Part shown: positions 25,961 to 26,007 of the stretch, piece after piece | Layout: each line of letters begins with the position of its first letter | Numbering within the stretch: position 1 is the first letter of the stretch | Program-made: the position numbers and the translations under genes | Notes under the pieces: model-generated | What the model was told of the DNA's origin: nothing | Seen by the model: only the letters and a program-made list of their open reading frames with translations | Databases searched by the model: none | Assembly: GCA_046759165.1 (NCBI GenBank) | Contig: JBHIBS010000022.1 | Coordinates: 1 to 26,007 of the forward strand | DNA from: a bacterium | GTDB lineage: Bacteria > UBA6262 > WVXT01 | Length of the DNA stretch: 26,007 bases | Direction: 5' to 3'

Positions 25961-26007
25961 ATGGCTTGGCCTAATGAAGAAAAACTTACCCCAGATGAAT
26001 TTGTCAA
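25961..26007 (+). CDS. Start of an unidentified gene (3' partial)
   Basis: AAGGAGG RBS, then ATG and MAWPNEEKLTPDEFV running off the window; promoter upstream. Confidence 0.6.
   Translation, partial: MAWPNEEKLTPDEFV

Overview
Bacterial chromosomal window with three parts. (1) 1-6300 is an AT-rich molybdenum-cofactor accessory block: TorD/DmsD chaperone (5' partial), tatA, mobA, a Moco/Tuco-type riboswitch with terminator, moaA, an internally deleted moaC, a MOSC protein, a MOT1-type molybdate transporter and a decayed Fic gene. (2) 6425-13875 is core genome: dnaX-recR, mgsA, an iron-sulfur flavoprotein, a porCDAB pyruvate:ferredoxin oxidoreductase operon whose beta subunit carries a 203-aa mini-intein, GTAG-type REPs and tRNA-Asn(GTT). 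(3) 13876-26007 is an accessory region downstream of tRNA-Asn with no integrase in view but four further copies of the tRNA 3' end. Two cargo modules there (an AbiE type IV TA pair, and a CBS/EIIA/cation antiporter/PII-like operon) are each bracketed by their own long imperfect inverted repeats, and the mismatches in both pairs are biased to G-T pairs on the + strand. The region also holds a duplicated ~80-bp att-arm-like element, a truncated DUF4062 gene, a Cys-to-Ser transglutaminase-like protein, an hsdS relic, a HEAT/GT2/YaiO-like locus and an excisionase pseudogene. This tRNA-anchored array of IR-bracketed cassettes is the best candidate for an undescribed system. All alignments were done by eye.
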